This document shows, piece by piece, positions 37,076-41,655 of a stretch of DNA of 41,655 nucleotides. The notes under the pieces were generated by a model. It saw nothing but the letters and a program-made list of their open reading frames with translations, was not told the origin of the DNA and ran no database searches. The stretch spans positions 1 through 41,655 of the forward strand of contig JASFGC010000001.1 of NCBI GenBank assembly GCA_050123975.1, in the 5' to 3' direction. The translations under genes and the position numbers were made by a program. The stretch comes from Syntrophobacterales bacterium. GTDB taxonomy: Bacteria; Desulfobacterota; Syntrophobacteria; BM002. Position 1 is the stretch's first letter; every line of letters starts with the position of its first letter.

Positions 37076-38116
37076 ATGAGCTCCGAGCTTGACTCTTTAA
37101 AAGACCAATTTTGGCAACCGAGTTCCTTGGCAGTAATTCAAACCAAAAACTCCACCATGCAAACGGTCTTCGCCAAAATCCGCTCTGTGGCGCCGACCAA
37201 GAGTACCGTTTTACTAACAGGTGAGACCGGAACAGGCAAAGGTGTGCTTGCGAATCTCATTCATCAACACAGCAATCGCAGGGATGCCAAGTTTGTCAGC
37301 GTTCACTGCGGCGCGATCCCAGACACACTCTTGGAAAGCGAACTGTTCGGGCATGAGAAGGGGGCCTTCACAGGTGCCGACAGAAGAAAGCTGGGAAAAT
37401 TCGAAATCTCCAAAGGGGGAACGATTTTTCTGGATGAGATCGGTACCATTACACCGGCTGCACAGATAAAGCTCTTGCAGGTACTGCAGGATGGGACTTT
37501 TCAGCGAGTAGGTGGTGAAGCGACCTTCAATGCCGATGTGCGAGTAATAGCGGCCAGTAATATGGATCTCGAAGAAATGTGTGACAATGGCCACTTTAGA
37601 AAGGACCTCTATTTCCGCTTGAACGTCTTTCCCGTGGAAATTCCACCCCTAAGGGAGAGAAAAGAAGACATCCCTCATATTGTGGAAGTTATTATAGGCA
37701 GGCTCAATAAATTTCACCTCAAAGAAATTCGCGACATCCACCCGGATGTAATGGAAGGATTTCTCAATTACTCCTGGCCGGGAAACATACGAGAACTGGA
37801 AAATCTCATGGAACGAGCGTACATTCTTGAAAGCTCATCTACATTGACGCCGGAAAGTTTTCCCTTGGAACTGCTTACCTTAGAGGCTCCATCGGCGCAG
37901 ATGGGGTTGGATTCTTCATTTACCTTGGCTGAGGTCAGACGAAGAGCCTTGGAGGAAGTTGAGAAGCGCTACCTGAAGGAGCTCCTTGCAGGCCAAAAAG
38001 GGAAAATACGAGAGTCGGCAGAGGTCGCCGGCATTACCACCCGCCAATTGCACAAGTTGCTCACAAAATACGGGATTAAGAAGGAGGACTTCAAGTCCCG
38101 TACCAGCCATCAATAG
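37076..38116 (+). CDS. sigma-54-dependent transcriptional activator (bEBP) lacking an N-terminal sensory/receiver domain (PspF-like architecture)
   Basis: Walker A LLTGETGTGKG lies ~50 aa from the start. The hallmark GAFTGA loop is present (EKGAFTGADRRK), as is Walker B TIFLDEIG. The C-terminal Fis-type HTH is SAEVAGITTRQLHKLLTKYGI. ATG at 37076 (the track's GTG is at 37061). Confidence 0.9.
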   Translation: MSSELDSLKDQFWQPSSLAVIQTKNSTMQTVFAKIRSVAPTKSTVLLTGETGTGKGVLANLIHQHSNRRDAKFVSVHCGAIPDTLLESELFGHEKGAFTGADRRKLGKFEISKGGTIFLDEIGTITPAAQIKLLQVLQDGTFQRVGGEATFNADVRVIAASNMDLEEMCDNGHFRKDLYFRLNVFPVEIPPLRERKEDIPHIVEVIIGRLNKFHLKEIRDIHPDVMEGFLNYSWPGNIRELENLMERAYILESSSTLTPESFPLELLTLEAPSAQMGLDSSFTLAEVRRRALEEVEKRYLKELLAGQKGKIRESAEVAGITTRQLHKLLTKYGIKKEDFKSRTSHQ

Positions 38117-38123
38117 AGCAAAA

Positions 38124-38140
38124 CGGAACCATGAGTTCCG
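38124..38140. promoter_or_regulatory. palindromic UAS candidate CGGAAC-CATGA-GTTCCG
   Basis: Perfect palindrome arms, 8 nt after the activator stop codon. Confidence 0.55.
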
Positions 38141-38256
38141 ACATTCAGAGAATCGGTCCTTCAAGTTCTTCCTCTAAAGTTATCCATAGAAATCAAGATT
38201 TTAAAAGCTCCATTTGAACTGTGCCCGCACTTTACCACTTTCTCTCCCCCCCATAG

Positions 38257-38273
38257 CGGAACCTACAGTTCCG
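38257..38273. promoter_or_regulatory. palindromic UAS candidate CGGAAC-CTACA-GTTCCG
   Basis: Perfect arms. Its end is 55 bp upstream of the TGG of the next sigma-54 promoter. Confidence 0.6.
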
Positions 38274-38327
38274 ATTGCTCTTCCCCCGCATCACATTAAA
38301 TATAGTTAATTCAATATGTTATTGAGA

Positions 38328-38343
38328 TGGTACAACTCTTGCG
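38328..38343 (+). promoter_or_regulatory. sigma-54 (-24/-12) promoter TGGTACaactcTTGCG
   Basis: GG and GC are at canonical spacing. An IHF-like TTCAATATGTTA (38310-38321) ends 6 bp upstream. Confidence 0.65.
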
Positions 38344-38494
38344 CTGTACCTATTGCTAATTGATGCTGTCATATGATCCAAGGGTGAGACAGGCGGAACT
38401 GGCCGGAGTTTTCTAGCCGTTGTTGCTCACGGCATAACCAAAGATAAATGTATGACTTGCTTCCGGACAGAGTCTGCGGAAGGAGCCGCAGGTC

Positions 38495-38761
38495 ATGATA
38501 AGCGGGGAAAAAGCCCCTGTGGAGGATTCTATCACCATTAGAGGACTGCTTGTTCCCATCGATTGGGATGAGAAAGGCAACATCACCGAGATTGCTGTTT
38601 CCACTTATTTCGAAGAGGAGTATCTCATCGAAAAGAATGTCAGGGGAGAAGAGATGTTGCCCTTCCTTCGCCAAAAGGTGAAGGTCATCGGATTCGTGAA
38701 AATGGATGAGGGTGGGAAGAAGGTTGTCAGGGTGGAAGAGTATCAAGTAATTGAAGACTGA
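38495..38761 (+). CDS. small acidic hypothetical protein (88 aa), first gene of the sigma-54-driven unit
   Basis: ATG with AAGGAG 9 nt upstream. The predicted protein is beta-rich (ITIRGLLVPIDWDEKGNITEIAV ... KVKVIGFVK ... VVRVEEYQVIED). No family recognised. Confidence 0.6.
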   Translation: MISGEKAPVEDSITIRGLLVPIDWDEKGNITEIAVSTYFEEEYLIEKNVRGEEMLPFLRQKVKVIGFVKMDEGGKKVVRVEEYQVIED

Positions 38762-38810
38762 CTCAGTTGGGGAAGTATCAGCTGCTGGCTCTGAGTTGCG
38801 GAGGTGCGAG

Positions 38811-38945
38811 ATGTTTTCACGGTTTTGTGGGGAAATTCTAACGGTGCTTCTATTGGCGACTATATTGATTTTAAGGATCGTATTCTTCTTATGTAATGAG
38901 ATCGAAGCGGTCGAAATAGATTTGAGTGATATCGAGCAATGGTAA
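38811..38945 (+). CDS. possible 44-aa single-TM peptide
   Basis: ATG preceded by GGAGG. Hydrophobic core ILTVLLLATILILRIVFFL. It is short and unsupported by homology. Confidence 0.25.
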   Translation: MFSRFCGEILTVLLLATILILRIVFFLCNEIEAVEIDLSDIEQW

Positions 38946-38994
38946 TCAGAGCATTTACCTGCACAGTTTGTGCTCTTAGGCAAGGAGTCGGAAG

Positions 38995-39471
38995 GTGAAA
39001 TTGCAGAAGCTGCTCGTACCGGTTGACTTCTCGTTGGGTTCTGAAATGGCTTTCAAATATGCCAAGTTTCTGGCGAAAAAATTCTCCGCCAGCATCCATT
39101 TGATCCATGTTGTGGATAAGAGATACGTCGAAAAGATTGCTGAACTCAATGGTGAACCAGAAGACGAAGTGAGTGAGAAACTGTGCTCCCTGGCCAATGA
39201 AAAACTTGAAAGTTTCCTAACTTACAATGATTCAAATGGACTAATAGCCGGGAAGAAGATAAGTGTGGGGACTCCTTTTCAGGCCATAGCACTGCGTGCA
39301 CAGGTAATTGACGCGGACATGATAGTCATGGGTGGACAGGGGAGAGCTGGAGACGGAGAGATCGACGAGATTTTTTTCGGAAGTGCCGCAGAAAGGGTTG
39401 TGAGGTTACTCCCCTGTGCGGTTTTGTGTGTACCCCAGGAAGTGGATGGTCTCGGGGGTGGAGAGAAGTAA
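38995..39471 (+). CDS. universal stress protein (single UspA domain)
   Basis: KLLVPVDFS ... IVMGGQGR ... FGSAAERVVRLLPCAVLCV. GTG start with AAGGAG 7 nt upstream. Confidence 0.85.
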   Translation: MKLQKLLVPVDFSLGSEMAFKYAKFLAKKFSASIHLIHVVDKRYVEKIAELNGEPEDEVSEKLCSLANEKLESFLTYNDSNGLIAGKKISVGTPFQAIALRAQVIDADMIVMGGQGRAGDGEIDEIFFGSAAERVVRLLPCAVLCVPQEVDGLGGGEK

Positions 39472-39586
39472 AGAATCCAGTAGTATAGAGTGCTGAAAGT
39501 GCACCATCCTCAATCTTTCCTCTGCCCGATGGCCAAGGCGATTTGATCTTGCCCATTAGAGCAGGTTTCCGCTACCATATTTAGTC

Positions 39587-40945
39587 ATGGAAGATCTCAG
39601 ACGCATATTCTCGAGAGTTGAAGACAAGAAGTCGGATTATGCCAGGTACAACTTTTCCACCCAGCAAGACATTGTTCTGAAAACCTTCTTCGACTTGGCC
39701 CAAGAGTTTGAAAGCTTGGAGGACCTTTACCGAGTCTGTGTAGCGGTCCCTAAAGCCCACTTCGGATTGGATACAAACCTTTACCTTAATCACAAGAGCA
39801 GACAAGTACTGGTGCTGATTTGTAGCAGCAACGAAGGATACCTTGGCTCTCCTGACAAACTACCACCTGCGCTCATTCAAGCCTCAAACGAAGCATTCAT
39901 TGAAAATGAATCTCTTTTTACCCCCATTTTCGGTAAAATGGTCATCGCGGAGGTTAAAAATACAGAGGAAAAACAAGAACTCCTGGGCGTGTTGGAGATT
40001 CGGCCGGGAAGTGATCTTACAGAGAGTGAGCAATTTTTTTTCCAGAAATACGCCAACCGGATTGGCTACGCTCTCTATAACAGGATCTTGAGTCAGAGAA
40101 ACATCGAGCATCTCAAGTTTATCGACTCAATGGTTGCTGACATTGAGCACAACGTGATTGTGCCAAACATGGCCTTCCGCCTCTTTCTCAGGCGACTTCA
40201 AGGTAAGATTCGCAAAAACCATGAGATTGAGCGTATGCTTCGTAAGAAATGCAAAGAGATTACTGAAGGTGGCACCCTCGACCACGATTGGCAGGAGCGG
40301 GTCATGGCAGAACTTCAGGACGTTAATCGCGGTCTTGAAGAGGAGCTAGGTAACATAGAAAGGCATAATCGCAACATGAGCCTTTTTATTGAAAGTCTAT
40401 TTCGCCGGAGGCACTTTCAAGAAGGCCAATTTATTCCACGAAAGCGTCGCTGTAGATTGAAAAAGCAAATCATTGAACCCCAGTTGGAACGATTCAGAGA
40501 GCGATTTTCCTCAAAAGGCATAGCCATAGATGTTCAACTCGGAGGAGTGCCGGATGAGTCTGCGGTGGCAGTGGTTGATGTGGGACTCATTTCCCAGGTC
40601 TATGCCAACCTTTTTTCCAATGCTCTTAAATACACGCGGGTGATGCATGATGCAGACGGTGCAGAGAAGAAATTTGTTGCCTACGGGCAAGAGATAGTGG
40701 GGGATTACTTCGGTACCGGCAAAGACGGGGTAAAGTTTAACGTATTCAACACCGGGCCGCACATCCCACCAGAAGAGCGTGAGCGTATTTTTGAGGATGG
40801 ATACCGGAGCAATCAGGCGGGTGGTGAGCCAGGCACCGGTCACGGGTTGAGCTTCGTCAAGAGAGCGGTTGAAATCCACGAAGGTGTCGTTGGCTACGAA
40901 CCTACTCCCCTTGGGAACAATTTCTATTTCATCCTGCCAAAATAG
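39587..40945 (+). CDS. cytoplasmic sensor histidine kinase (GAF-like N-terminus, long DHp, HATPase_c)
   Basis: N box NLFSNALKY, G1-like NTGPHIPPEE and G2 GTGHGLSFV. The candidate phospho-His lies in MVADIEHNVIVPN. No TM segments are present and no adjacent response regulator. Confidence 0.75.
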   Translation: MEDLRRIFSRVEDKKSDYARYNFSTQQDIVLKTFFDLAQEFESLEDLYRVCVAVPKAHFGLDTNLYLNHKSRQVLVLICSSNEGYLGSPDKLPPALIQASNEAFIENESLFTPIFGKMVIAEVKNTEEKQELLGVLEIRPGSDLTESEQFFFQKYANRIGYALYNRILSQRNIEHLKFIDSMVADIEHNVIVPNMAFRLFLRRLQGKIRKNHEIERMLRKKCKEITEGGTLDHDWQERVMAELQDVNRGLEEELGNIERHNRNMSLFIESLFRRRHFQEGQFIPRKRRCRLKKQIIEPQLERFRERFSSKGIAIDVQLGGVPDESAVAVVDVGLISQVYANLFSNALKYTRVMHDADGAEKKFVAYGQEIVGDYFGTGKDGVKFNVFNTGPHIPPEERERIFEDGYRSNQAGGEPGTGHGLSFVKRAVEIHEGVVGYEPTPLGNNFYFILPK

Positions 40946-41655
40946 GAAAATCTTTCTCCCCTGTAACATCTAGCGAAGGGATTTTCGAAGGACCACGGAA
41001 TACCAGAAATCTGCGCATGAGCAACTCCAGTGGTCCTTTACCGAAACGTCTCATCCAGTAATATGCAAAAAGGACTGCACCAGTGTAAAACACCATAGTT
41101 CCCCACAGAGGAAAGAATACGAGCTCCATCTCAAGCGTCTCAACTGCTTTCAGGAACAAGGTACCGACAATGATGTGGGCGACATAGAGACTCAGAGTCA
41201 CTTGCCCTGCAGCTATGTGAGGCATAATCCATCGGGAGTTGCCGTACTTGTCTGCCAGTATCGTACTCAAGCTGATAACCCCTAGAGCCGTTCCCATAGC
41301 CGAAATCATAAAAAGGGGAATGGAATCCCATGATACTATTTGAAAAAGTGGGAGAAGGTTTTCAAGGCCGTGGCCATGTTGGGCAGATGATGAGAGGTAC
41401 ATGCCTACCCTAGAGAGCGACTCGGCAATAGTAACAGCGCCAACCCCTGCCAATAGAAGCTTTTTCCTGAAAGAACGGTCAGACAGATCTCGCCGACCGA
41501 TCCACATGCCTACCATAACGAAAGCCATCCAGGGCACCACTGGGAAACAGCCATTGAAAAAGAAGTGACCAATTATTCCCAGTAAACTCCCAATGCCTGT
41601 ATCAGCAACTGTATTGAAGTCCCAGTTCTTGACAAAATCAAAACTAGTCATAACA
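40929..41655 (-). CDS. DUF418/YeiB-like membrane protein, N-terminus outside the window
   Basis: Polytopic, with the C-terminal GPLELLMRRF signature typical of DUF418. The ORF is open at the window end. It overlaps the kinase 3' end by 17 bp (convergent). Confidence 0.6.
   Translation of the reverse strand, partial: VMTSFDFVKNWDFNTVADTGIGSLLGIIGHFFFNGCFPVVPWMAFVMVGMWIGRRDLSDRSFRKKLLLAGVGAVTIAESLSRVGMYLSSSAQHGHGLENLLPLFQIVSWDSIPLFMISAMGTALGVISLSTILADKYGNSRWIMPHIAAGQVTLSLYVAHIIVGTLFLKAVETLEMELVFFPLWGTMVFYTGAVLFAYYWMRRFGKGPLELLMRRFLVFRGPSKIPSLDVTGEKDFPILAG

Noticed and set aside
38369-38983. 204-aa minus-strand ORF opposite the small-protein/USP region
   Set aside because: The translation is low-complexity and not protein-like. 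It has no RBS and no promoter. The plus strand carries a sigma-54 promoter and ORFs with good RBSs.

Overview
41.6-kb chromosomal segment from an anaerobic bacterium. The gene content (tungsten-type aldehyde:ferredoxin oxidoreductase, pta-ackA, sigma-54 control, many lipoproteins) suggests a Desulfobacterota-like lineage, but that is inference only. I support about 37 CDS. I found no rRNA, tRNA, CRISPR array, transposase or integrase. Layout: (i) 0-5 kb holds small stress and redox genes (VOC, secreted peroxiredoxin, TerB-like) and a CoA-transferase::GNAT fusion. (ii) 5.2-19.1 kb is a co-directional central-carbon cluster: pta-ackA-ferredoxin-AOR-ldh-fba-(nucleoside-phosphorylase-fold unknown)-pyk-phosphohexomutase. 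(iii) 19-25 kb holds envelope and ion-channel genes: a K+ channel, a lipoprotein Tyr-phosphatase, a TLC/MFS-like transporter, a kinase-like lipoprotein and a GluR0-like channel. (iv) 27-28 kb encodes a tandem USP. (v) 28.9-33.8 kb is an apparent operon: DHH phosphoesterase-CNNM-MgtE-CdaA::YbbR. (vi) 34.2-36.7 kb is groES-groEL-hsp20. (vii) 37-41 kb holds a sensor-domain-less sigma-54 activator, a small-protein/USP/histidine-kinase unit and a partial DUF418 gene. Most interesting signals: (1) A 17-bp palindrome, CGGAAC-N5-GTTCCG, occurs six times. Three copies sit in a rigidly conserved UAS / IHF-like / sigma-54 promoter module in front of groESL, a tandem USP and a small-protein/USP operon. 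Five of the six copies flank the PspF-like activator gene. This looks like an undescribed sigma-54 stress/chaperone regulon. (2) A c-di-AMP synthase (fused to YbbR domains) is translationally coupled to MgtE, with a CNNM transporter and a DHH/DHHA1 phosphoesterase in the same operon. (3) A possible extracytoplasmic phosphorylation module: kinase-like lipoprotein, nucleotide-transporter-like permease and lipoprotein phosphatase. (4) Degenerate heptanucleotide tandem arrays are pervasive in intergenic spacers between 1.4 and 27 kb. They are often paired as long hairpins. One 23-unit mosaic stays in register throughout, and another array runs into the 5' end of a CDS.
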